Below, in pieces: positions 50,101 to 61,300 of a stretch of 64,000 nucleotides of DNA. The position numbers were made by a program, and so were the translations under genes. The notes beneath the pieces are model-generated. The model did no database searches. It saw only the letters and a program-made list of their open reading frames with translations, and was not told the origin of the DNA. Each line of letters starts with the position of its first letter. Positions within the stretch are counted from its first letter, which is position 1. The DNA is from Candidatus Latescibacterota bacterium (GTDB lineage Bacteria > Latescibacterota > UBA2968), in assembly GCA_965204745.1 (NCBI GenBank), contig OZ242010.1:3456001-3520000 (forward strand), read 5' to 3'.

Positions 50101-50277
50101 TGTTTTTCGTCCAACATCTCGTCAATGGCCTTGCGAACCGTGCGTCGCCACGCCCACTCGGACATGGCGTCCCAGTTATCGGGGTCCTTGGGCTTGCGAA
50201 AATACAGATAGAGTTCAACGCCCATATAGGTCCAAAAAGCCAAAAAAATAACCATGAAGAGCCAAAGCCAAATCATG
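50097..50277 (-). CDS. Small membrane protein
   Basis: One TM helix; 4-nt overlap with ctaA; start uncertain. Confidence 0.45.
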
Positions 50278-50442
50278 CGCGAAGCCCCAAAATGAATGCG
50301 TGCGATGGCGATGCCGTAAAATACACAACACAACGCGAACGCAACAAGCGAAATTCACCTTGCTTTTCACGATTTTTTGAGTGAACTTATCTCTCTAATG
50401 AGAATTAAGCGTTGAATCCATTGCGTACTTGTCTTTTTATTC

Positions 50443-50738
50443 GGACCTACCCCCCTAGCCCCCCTTCCTGCGAGGAAGGGGGGAACGGTGAGCGGTTTTG
50501 CGAGGGTATTGATGAGGGATATTTAATCGCTTTATGCCCTCGCACAACGCCATCAGAGCAACCAGAGCGATAAGACATCAAAGGCACTTTACTCCCCTTT
50601 CCTCGTAGGCACAGGCGTAGCCTACAATGAGCGAAGCGAATAACGGGGCCGGGGGATAGGTCCCCTCACGCAACGCCATCAGAGCAACCTAAGCCATCAT
50701 CTGTGCGTAATGTCAAAAAATGAAATGTCAACACAACC
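50443..50738 (+). mobile_element. Partial MITE copy 3 (REP cassette plus right TIR, left end missing)
   Basis: Ends AAATGTCAACACAACC-TAG, same as copy 1. Confidence 0.8.
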
Positions 50739-50762
50739 TAGCCAATCAAGTCCCCGCCTAAA

Positions 50763-50955
50763 AAGGTGAGAGGTGAGAGGCAAGACGGGAGAAGACCTAC
50801 ACGCACTGCTCGCCTTTGAACGGCCTATCGCCAGTTGTACCCCGCTCGTGGCTAAACTTCCATCTCGCATCTTACGTCTTACGTCTTACCTCTTGCGTCT
50901 TACGTCTTACCTCTTACGTCTTACCTCTTACCTCTCCCCTCTTACCTCTCACCCT
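50763..50955. repeat. Inverted pair of heptamer arrays: (GAGGTGA)n ... (CGTCTTA/CCTCTTA)n
   Basis: Directly visible. Confidence 0.85.
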
Positions 50956-50963
50956 TTCCCACT

Positions 50964-53403
50964 ATGAACACCACCAAACTCACATCTCTACTCATCGCGT
51001 TTCTCCTCATCGGACAAAGCCTTTGCGCGCAGGAGGGGGATTATCGCGCGCTTTGGGCGCGTGGCGCGTATTCCAAAGCGGTGGAAGTGCTCGCGCGCAG
51101 GCCCTATCTGTCGAGGTCTGTGCGATTGGAGTACGCCGCGTTGTTGGCCTTGACCGGGCGCGTCGATCGGGCCATCGAAGAATTGGAAGGCGGGCCTGCG
51201 AGCGCGCCGGATGTCACCTTGCGACCGATTGGCCGAATTGTATCGCAGGCGCGGGCGTCTGACCGATTATGAAAACGCGCTGATCCAAGCCGAGCGGCAG
51301 GTGCAGTTGTCTGCGGCGTATCGCAGGGATATGGACGATTTTCTCGCTGCAGCGCGGTTGCGCGAATTAAAGGGCGAGGATCCCAAATCCATCCTGCGCT
51401 TTTACAACTTGATGGCCCAGGTCTTTCCCAACAGCGCGTCCATTTTCGTTGCAGCGGGCGATCTGGCATTGGGCAAACGCGCGTTCGACGTCGCATCAGA
51501 GAAATACCGCGCCGCGCTCGCAGTGCATCCGGAAAACCAAGACGCCCTGGCCGGGCTGATGTGGTGCTATTACCATGCAGGCGATGACCGCGCAGCAGAA
51601 GTGATGGCGCAGCTCCTCGCGCTCAACCCCAACCATCCGCGGGCGCGCCGGTTGCAAGCCGAGCGATTTTTGGATCGCAATCAGGCGCGTGCCGCGCTCG
51701 AGGTGTTGGATGACATGTTGCTGATCGATCCGAACCACTTGGAAGCCCTCGGCCTCAAGGCAGCGGCGTTTTTCCTGTTGGACGACGAAGCGGCGATGCG
51801 AGAAGCGCGGGAGCGCGCATTGGCGTTTAACCCCTCTTTTTCCGGCGCGTTTCGCATTCCCGGGCGCATCGCATCCCGGCAATATCGCTTTGAAGAAGGC
51901 CGTGCGTTTCAAGAGCGCGCATTGGAAATTGACGCAGGCGATGTCGAGGCGCGCCTGCTCTTGGCCTACGATTTGTTGCGCTTGGGCAAAGACGCGGACG
52001 CGCGGCGCGAGTTGGAGCGGGTTTTTGCCGCGGATCCGTACAGCGTGCGGGCGTACAATCTGCTCGAAGCCGCGGACGCAATCGACGGGTTTGTCACCCT
52101 CTCGCACGGGATTTTCAAATTGCAACTGCCCAAGCGAGAGGCCGAAGTGATGTCAGACGGGTTGCTGGCACTGCTCGACGAAGCCGCGTCGCGTTATCAG
52201 CGCGACTACGAGATCGACCTGCGCGTGCCCGTGGTGGTGCAGGTGTTCGAGGATCACGACGTGTTTATGGTGCGCTCCGTCGGCCTGCCGGGCAATGCCG
52301 GGCATTTGGGGATTTGCTTTGGGCAACTCGTCACGATGGACTCGCCGCGCGCGCGTCCCCCCGGCACGATGAACTGGCAGCAGGTGTTGTGGCACGAGTT
52401 TGTGCACGTGATCACCTTGCAAAAGACCGGCAACCGCATACCGCGCTGGTTATCAGAGGGGATTTCCGTGTACGAAGAAACGCAAAAAGATGCGTCTTGG
52501 GGGCAAAAGCTAAGTCCGGGATTTGGGCAAATTGTGGATGGCGAAGGCTTGCCCGGTGCGGGCGATCTCGACCGGTTTTTCAGCCAGCCCCAAACCGCCG
52601 CGCACCTGATGTTTGGCTATTTTGCATCGGGCGAGTTCGTCTCGTTTTACATCGCGCAGTACGGCTTTGACGCGCTGCTCCTCGCGCTGGAACGCATCGG
52701 CGCGGGCGCGTCGGCGGTAGGAGCATTGAGAGAGGCGAGCGGGGTTTCCGCGCGGGTGATGGACGAGCGGTTTATGGAACATCTGGGCAACCGTTGCGCG
52801 CCGTTGCGCGTTGTGAATACGGCATTCCGCCAAAAATTGGACGCGGGCGCGAGGGCCGTTGCAGCGAAGAATTGGGAGGGCGCGGAACGACTTTTCCTCG
52901 AAGCACACGCCTTGTATCCGGATTACACCGCCGCGGACGCGCCATTGCGACAATGGGCAACGGCGAGCATCGCGCGCGGCGATCCCGCCTGGCAGCGCGA
53001 AGCACTCAAAAAATTGGTCGCCTGGGATGCCGCAGCCCATGACGCCTGCTTGACATTGAGCGCGTTTTACATGCAGGATAGGGATTGGACAAGCGCGAAG
53101 GATGTGCTGAACCGGGCCTTGGGCGTGCGTCCTTTTCACGTCGAGATGCTGAAACGCCGCGCCGAGGTTCACCGCTCGCTGGCGGATTGGGACGCGGCCA
53201 TTGCGGACTGGCGGCGGTTGATTTACTTGGACGCCCCGGCGCGCGCGGATCACCGCCTCAACTTGGCGAGGGCACTGGCGAAAAAGGGCGCGGTGGAAGC
53301 CGCAAAAGCCGAGGTGCTGTCCCTGTTGGAAACCGCGCCGCACTTTTGGGCCGCGCAAGAGATGCTGTTGCAACTGGTGGAGGCACGCGGAATAGGCGAA
53401 TAG
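50964..53403 (+). pseudogene. TPR + HExxH peptidase-MA-like protein split by a frameshift near 51222-51228
   Basis: Signal peptide in ORF 50964-51272; remainder (TPRs, WHEFVH...WLSEGIS) in another frame. Confidence 0.72.
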
Positions 53404-53426
53404 ACACTCCCCGCCCAACCCCCTTC

Positions 53427-53773
53427 GGTGAGACGTAAGAGGGGAGAGGGGAGAGGTCAGTAAAACCAGTAGTCAGTAGTCAGTAGTCAGTAGTCAGTAG
53501 TCAGTCCCCGCCCATCCGCCTCCAAAACCCGCCGCACGTCGTAGGGGTGGGGCCCCGTGCCCGTCCGAAGAGACACTTCCCGCCCAACCCCCTTCGGTGA
53601 GACGTAAGAGGGGAGAGGCAAGGGGGAACAGTGAGGGGTTTTGCGAGAATGGGGGAAGGGATTTTTAATCGCTTTATCCCCTCGTACAACGCCATCAGAA
53701 CAGCTATTGATATAAGCCATCAAAGGAGCTTTACTCCCCTTTCCTCGTAGGAAAGGGGCCGGGGGATAGGTCC
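53427..53773. repeat. GAGGGGA-type and (AGTAGTC)x5 heptamers, GTAG-REP and REP/MITE cassette
   Basis: Directly visible; ~45-bp direct repeat at 53403 and 53572. Confidence 0.85.
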
Positions 53774-53819
53774 CCTCACCCAACCCCAAACCACTATAAA
53801 CTTCAATGATGGGAGGCGC

Positions 53820-54675
53820 GATGAAATGGATCTGGTTGCTGTGTTTGCCGATGCTGTTGATGCTCGACAGCGGTCTCGATGCCCAGCGCGGGCGCAGGTG
53901 GCGCGGGCCAATCGAGCGAATGCCGCGCGATATTTTCCCGAGCAATAGCTTTACGTTTTGCCGCATCGAGTATTCAAATTACGCCGGGGATGGCGATTGG
54001 GGCCGCAGGCGGCGCGGGAGTTGGGCCGTGGATTATCCCGATTCCGATGTGAATTTTTCCCTGCGCTTATCCCAAATTACGACCCTCAATGTCAATCGCA
54101 CAGCAGACGGACAGTTTCAACATGTGGTCGTGCGCTTGGATGATCCCGAGGTGTTCAAATACCCGTTTATTTACATGCTCGAAGTCGGGCGCATGGCCCT
54201 CAGCACGTCCGAGCAAGACGGGTTGCGCGATTATTTGCTGCGCGGCGGTTTTTTGCTCGTGGATGATTTTTGGGGCGACGAGGCGTGGCGAAACTGGGAG
54301 TACGAGATTTCCCAAGTGTTGCCGCCCGATGAGTTTCCCATGGTGGATATTCCGCTGGATCACGAGTTGTTCCACATCGTGTTCGACATCAAAGAGGTGC
54401 CGCAAGTGCCGGGCTTGGGCGGTTTCTGGGACTGGCAATCCACGGGCGTGACGTACGAAGGCTGGGCCGGGCGTTATGTCGAGTACGGTTCTGATGCGCG
54501 TTGTAAGGGCATTTTTGACCGCGATGGCCGGCTGATGGCCGTGGTGATGCACAACACGGATTTGGGCGACGGCTGGGAACGCGAGGGCGAAAACTACGAG
54601 TACTTCCGCAATTTCTCCGCACCCAAAGCGTATCCGATGGGGATCAACATCGTCGTGTACGCCATGACGCATTAG
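53820..54675 (+). CDS. DUF4159 domain protein
   Basis: WAVDYPDSD, YPFIY, LRDYLLRGGFLLVDDFWG, TDLGDGWE, MGINIVVYAMTH. Confidence 0.9.
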
Positions 54676-54783
54676 GTCGTGTTGACATTCACCCGTGCGT
54701 GCCCAACCGCCCAACCGTGTCTGAATCGCGGATTAAACGGATTAGGGGATTACGCGGATTACCCCCCACAACCCTACCGCAAA

Positions 54784-55013
54784 ACCTATCCCCCCGGCCC
54801 CCTTTCCTACAAGGAAAGGGGGAGCGCATGGCTTTCTTAAAGGGTTGTATCCCTGGCTGCTTTGATGGCTTTGGGCGAATGGAGCACGCCATAGAACCCC
54901 AAACCCCCCTCGCGCAATCCTTCGCAAAACCTTTCGCCATTCCCCCTTCCTCGCAGGCACAGGCGTAGCCTACAACGAAGCGTAGCGAGTAACGGGGCCA
55001 GGGGGTAGGTCCC
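54784..55013 (-). repeat. REP/MITE cassette (3180-type, single unit)
   Basis: Reverse complement of the 3180-3370 unit. Confidence 0.85.
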
Positions 55014-55066
55014 CCTCGCATGCCTTCTCGCTTGACTGACCACCGATCCTATCGTCATTTTTTTGC

Positions 55067-55096
55067 TTGACAAATAATAGCGCGATTCCCTATATT
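55067..55096 (+). promoter_or_regulatory. sigma70 promoter TTGACA-N18-TATATT
   Basis: Upstream of the giant surface-protein gene. Confidence 0.6.
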
Positions 55097-55339
55097 TTTT
55101 TCGTTCACCATTGCGATTTTGAACGCGGAGAAAAAGCCGCGCCCGGTCTGTGCGACAGCTTTGCAAAGGAGGATTCAGATGATCACCGCCATTTTCAGCC
55201 GCTGTTTGAACCTCATTTGGCGCTATGTTTTTCCCGCCTGTCCCACCGCGAAAATTGGCGTTCATGACGCCCATCTCCGTCTTGGAGCGCGGTTCTATTT
55301 TATTGCAAAACAATCTTTTAGGATGATCAGTACAGTGTA

Positions 55340-55354
55340 CCCCCCCCCCCCCCC
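55340..55354 (+). repeat. C15 homopolymer tract
   Basis: Directly visible, 16 nt upstream of ATG 55371. Confidence 0.95.
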
Positions 55355-55370
55355 TCGGAGGGAGACTAAA

Positions 55371-58300
55371 ATGGTGCGCTTTATTTTTCGTTTTCTGTCC
55401 CTTCCAACATGGATCGCCGTGTTGGTCATGCCCTTGCTGATCGCCCCCGCGACAGCGCAGATGACGCCCTCGAATACCGATACGACCCTCAGCGCGCTGA
55501 CCCTCGCGCCAGGCACTCTGCTTTCCACATTTGCATCCGATAAAACCACCTACGCATTTGCCGTTCAATCCGGCGCGACAGAGATCACCGTGACCGCGAC
55601 CCCAACCAATTCGGGGGCAACTGTCGCCATCACGCCGGCCGATGCCAACCCGGCCAGCGGCCACCAAGTCGACGTATCTACCCTGCCGGTCAGCATTCGC
55701 ATCGTGGTTTCCCCCGCTACGGGAACGACCACGCTGACCTATACGGTCTCTGCCGGCAATTTTACCGACTACGACACCGATGGCGACAACCTCATTGAAC
55801 TCGGTGCTGGGCAAACCGGGCTGGCGCAACTGCATGCCATGCGCTGGGACCTCAATGGCAATGGTTTCATAGACGCCAGTGCCACGACCAGCGATACGAC
55901 CGCCTACAATACCGCTTTCTCCAACCGGCCGCCGGGGATGGGTTGCGAGACCACCTGTATCGGCTACGAACTGACGGCGAACCTAAACTTTGACGAGAAC
56001 AACGACAACGAAATCACCGTAGCAGACACCACCTACTGGAACAGCGGCGCAGGCTGGGCGCCCATCGGCAGCAGTGCGACGAAATACACCGGCACCTTCC
56101 ACGGCAACGACAATACCATCTCCAACCTGTTTATTGACCGCTCTGCCGCCAGCAAAACCGGGCTATTCGGCTATGCCGAGGGCAACACGATCCGCAATTT
56201 GAGCCTGGTGAACGCCAATGTGACCGGCTCTGCTGAAACCGCCGTCCTTGTTGGCGAAGGCAACAATCTACAGCTCATGCACATCCGCGTCACCGGACGG
56301 GTCAGCGGGTTTGCACGAAGCGGCGGCTTGGTGGGCAGGCTGGCGCACGGCAACTCGACCATTACCGCCTGTCGTTCCGAGGTGGACGTCACTGGGTCTA
56401 ATATAAGCATCGGCGGCTTGGTGGGCTGGAGTAGCGGCACGATAACCGCTAGCTATGCTACCGGTGCAGTCAGCGGCGATGGTTACGTCGGCGGCCTGGT
56501 GGGCTTCCACGGCAACACCGGCAACCCAAAGGCCATCATACGCGCCAGCTATGCCACCGGCGTAGTCAGCGGCAACTCTGCCATCGGTGGCCTGGTCGGT
56601 GCCAACTTCTATTCCAGCACGATAACCGGTAGCTATGCCATCGGCCCGGTCAGTGCTAATTCACTGGTTGGTGGCTTGGTCGGTACCAACAATAATTCAT
56701 CAATTACCCACAGCTACTACGATAGAACCACCTCTAGACGTGGCGACACCGGACGCGGTGCTCCCCAGACCACCGCCGAGCTCCAAGGCCCCACGGGTTA
56801 TACCGGCATCTACATGACGAATTGGGACCTGAACCTGGACGGGCAACCGGGCGGCGATGATCCGTGGACCTTTGGCAAGACGGATCAGTATCCGGTGTTG
56901 AAGTATGCCGGCATGGACACCACCGCGCAGTATAACTTGCAACCGCCGAGCATTCCGACAAGTGTGACCGTGACGATAATAGCGGACACCTTGGACGTGC
57001 GGTGGCGTGGGGTGAGTGGTGCGACGGGGTACAAGGTGCAGTGGAAATCCGGCACGCAGAGCTACGATACCGCCTCGCGTGAGGCGACCGTCACGGGGAC
57101 GCGCCACAAGATTCCCAACTTGACGTTTGGGACGACCTACACAGTGCGTGTCATTGCCACCAAAATCGGTGTGCGCGATGGCACACCCTCAGCAGAGCAG
57201 ACCGGCGTTCGCCCCAGGCTGGGCAGTCCGACTGTGATGGTGGCGGCGAAGGTGGACACGCTGACCGTGACTTGGAATGCGGCGAACGGGGCGACCGGCT
57301 ACAAAGTGCAGTGGAAATCCGGGTCAGCGACTTATCCCACCTCCGATCTGGCGTTGGCCACGCGCGGGCAAGCCACAATCTCTGATGGGAGCACCACGAC
57401 CTACAAAATTTCTGGGCTGACCACAGGGACGACCTACACGATTCGCGTCATCGCCACGAGTACCAATATCAATGTAGCCGACAGTGCCCCTTCGGAGGAA
57501 GTCATGGTGACCTTGGCGACCACCAAACCCACCAATGTGCGCGTGACGCCGGGGCCGGTCCAACTCATTGTGGCTTGGACCGAGGCAACCGGCGCGACGG
57601 GCTACAAGGTGCAGTGGAAGTCCGGTGGACAAAGCTACAACACCTCTTCTCGCCAGGAGACGGTCTCTGGAGGGAGCACCACGACCTATACAATAGAGAA
57701 CCTGACTTTTGGCACGACCTACACGGTGCGCGTCACTGCTACCCTGGCAGGTGGGACCGATAGTAATCCCTCGGACGAGGTCATGGGCACGCCCCAAGGG
57801 ATCGATTACGATGGCGATGGCAATGGCCTCATCGATATTGAGACGCTGGCGCAACTGCATGCCATCCGCTGGGATCTCAACGGCGATGGTGCCATAGACG
57901 CAAGTGCCTCAACCAGCGATACGACCGCCTACAACGCCGCCTTTCCCAACCGAGACACCACCAGCAACGTCCGGATGGGTTGCCCTTCTGGGACCTGCAC
58001 CGGCTACGAACTGCTCAACAACCTAAATTTCGACACCGACGGGAGCGGGAGCGTAACCTCTGACGACACCTACCCCAACTGGACGCCCATCGGAGGCACC
58101 TACTCAACCACGTTCAAGGGCAATAACAAGACCATCTCCAACCTGCACATCAACCGTGGCAGTTGGGATTATGTTGGGCTGTTCGGCCGTGTCAGCGGCA
58201 ACATTTCCGGTCTGGGTCTGAAAAGTGTCAATGTAAGAGGCAGAAATCGAGTGGGTGGGTTGGTCGGTAATCAGGTAGGGGGTCGCATCCTGGGCTGTTT

Positions 58301-61300
58301 TGTCACAGGTCGCGTTGAGGGTACTGGTGACCATGTGGGCGGTTTAGCGGGTCGTTCAACCGGCAATAATACCGTCATCGCGGCCAGCTATGCCAATGCT
58401 ACGGTGAGTGGGACGAAGGAGAATGTCGGCGGTTTGGTGGGCGTCCTAGATGCTACGGTGATAGCGTCCTACGCCATCGGGCCGGTGACTGGATGGACGA
58501 GGGTAGGCGGTTTGGTGGGGCTCTTGGGCATTTCTCCTAGTTCGATTAAGACCAGCTATGCCACGGGGACAGTCACCGGGAGCCGACAATCATCCATCCA
58601 TCTAGGCGGATTGGTTGGGAGTGCACAATCCGGAGTGTCCCATAGTTACTGGGATAGGGAAAGTAGCGGTCACTCATCCAGTGCTGGTGGCACGAGCCAG
58701 ACCACCAGCGAGTTGCGGTCAGAAACGGACTACGACGGCATCTACGCCAACTGGAATGTGGATGTCGATGGCAGGCCTGGCAGTGACAACCCGTGGACCT
58801 TTGGTGCGGCGGATCAGTATCCCGTGTTGAAATATGCCGGCATGGACACCACCGCACAATTTGCAATGCAACCGCCGGGCATTCCGACCAGTGTGACCGT
58901 GACGGTGCAAGCGGACACCTTGGACGTGCGTTGGCGTGCGGCGAGTTATGCGACGGGGTACAAGGTGCAGTGGAAAGCCGGCGGGCAGAACTACGCCGTC
59001 TCGCGTCAGGCCATCACCACGGATACGCGCTACAAGATCGCCAACTTGATCGGCGGGACGACCTACACAGTGCGTGTCATTGCCACCAAGACCGGTGCGC
59101 GCGATGGCATGCCCTCGGCAGAGCAGACCGGCGTTCCCTCCGCACTGAGCAGACCGGCTGTGATGGTGGCGGCGGATGTGGACACGCTGACCGTGACTTG
59201 GAATGTGGTGAACGGGGCGACCGGCTACAAAGTGCAGTGGAAATCCGGGTCAGAGACTTATCCCAACGCCGATCTGGCGGCCGCCTTGCGCGGGCAAGCC
59301 ACCATCGTAGGCGGGGGCACCACGATCCACAAAATTTCTGGGCTGACCGCAGGGACGACTTACACGATTCGCGTCATCGCCACGAGTACCAATATCAATG
59401 TAGCCGACAGTGCCCCTTCGGAGGAAGTGACCGTGCTGGGCATTCCGGCTGTGATGGTGGTGGCGAAGGTGGACACGCTGACCGTGACTTGGAACGCGGT
59501 GGACGATGCAACCGGGTATAAGGTGCAGTGGAAATCCGGGTCAGAGACTTATCCCAACGCCGATCTGGCGTTGGCCACGCACGGGCAAGCCACTATCGCT
59601 GACGGGGGCACCACGACCTACGATATTTCTGGGCTGACCGCAGGGACGACCTACACGGTTCGCGTCATCGCCACGCGTACCAATATCAGTGCCCTCTCGG
59701 CAGAGCAGACCGGCGATCCCCTGTTGGGTAGCCCGACGGGTGTGGATGTGAGTGCGAAGGTGGACACGCTAACCGTGACTTGGAATGTGGTGGACGATGC
59801 AACCGGGTATAAGGTGCAGTGGAAATCCGGGTCAGCGACTTATCCCGTCTCCGATCTGGCGTCCGTCACGCACGGGCATGCCACAATCTCTGACGGAGGC
59901 ACCACGACCTACGATATTTCTGGGCTGACCGCAGGGACGACCTACACGGTTCGCGTCATCGCCACGCGTACCAATGTAGCCGACAGTACCCCCTCGGAGG
60001 AAGTGACCGGCGTTCCTCTGCTGGGCAGTCCGGCTGTGATGGTGGCGGCGAAGGTGGACACGCTGACCGTGACTTGGAATGTGGTGGACGATGCAACCGG
60101 GTATAAGGTGCAGTGGAAGTCCGGGTCAGAGACTTATCCCGCCGCCGATGAGCAGTCCGCCACGCGCGGGCAAGCCACCATCGCAGGCGGGAACACCACG
60201 ATCCACAAAATTTCTGGGCTGACCGCAGGGACGACCTACACGGTTCGCGTCATCGCCACGCGTACCAATGTAGCCGACAGTGCCCCCTCGGAGGAAGTCA
60301 TGGTGACCTTGGCGACCACCAGGCCCACCAATGTGCGCGTGACGCCGGGGCCGGGCCAACTCATTGTGCGTTGGACCGAGGCAACCGGCGCGACGGGCTA
60401 CAAGGTGCAGTGGAAGTCCGGTGGACAAAGCTACAACACCTCTTCTCGCCAGGAGACGGTCTCTGGGATGAGCACCACGACCTACACGATAGAGAACCTG
60501 ACGCTTGGCACGACCTACACGGTGCGCGTCATTGCTATCCTGTCAGGTGGGATGGATAGCACGCCCTCGGACGAGGTCATGGGCACGCCCTCAGGGATCA
60601 ATTACGACAGCGATGGCGATGGCCTCATCGACATTAAGACGCTGGCGCAACTGCATGCCATCCGCTGGGATCTCAACGGCGATGGTGCTGTGGACGCAAG
60701 TGCCTCGTCCAGCGATACGACCGCCTACAACGCCGCCTTTCCCTACCGAGACACCACCAGCAACGTCCGGATGGGTTGCCCTTCCGGAACCTGCACCGGC
60801 TACGAACTGCTCAACAACCTCGACTTCGACACCGACGGGAGCGGGAGCGTAACCTCTGACGACACCTACCCCAACTGGTCGCCCATCGGAGGCACCTACT
60901 CGGCAACGTTCAAGGGCAATAACAAGACGATCTCCAACCTGCACATCAACCAGGGCAGTTGGAATGATGTTGGGCTGTTCTCCCGTGTCAGCGGCAACAT
61001 TTCCGGTCTGGGGCTGAAAAATGTCAATGTAAGAGGCAGAGAACGAGTGGGTGGGTTGGTCGGTAATCAGGTGGGAGGCCGCATCCTGGGCTGTTTTGTC
61101 ACGGGTCGCGTTGAGGGTACTCGTAACTCTGTGGGCGGTTTAGCGGGTGAATCAAGCGGCAATAATACCGTCATCGCGGCCAGCTATGCCAATGCTGTGG
61201 TCTCCGTAGGGCATATTCGTGCAGGGGCCGGCGGTTTGGTGGGCAAACTAAGTGCTACGGTGATAGCGTCCTACGCCATCGGGCCGGCGAGTGGACATTC

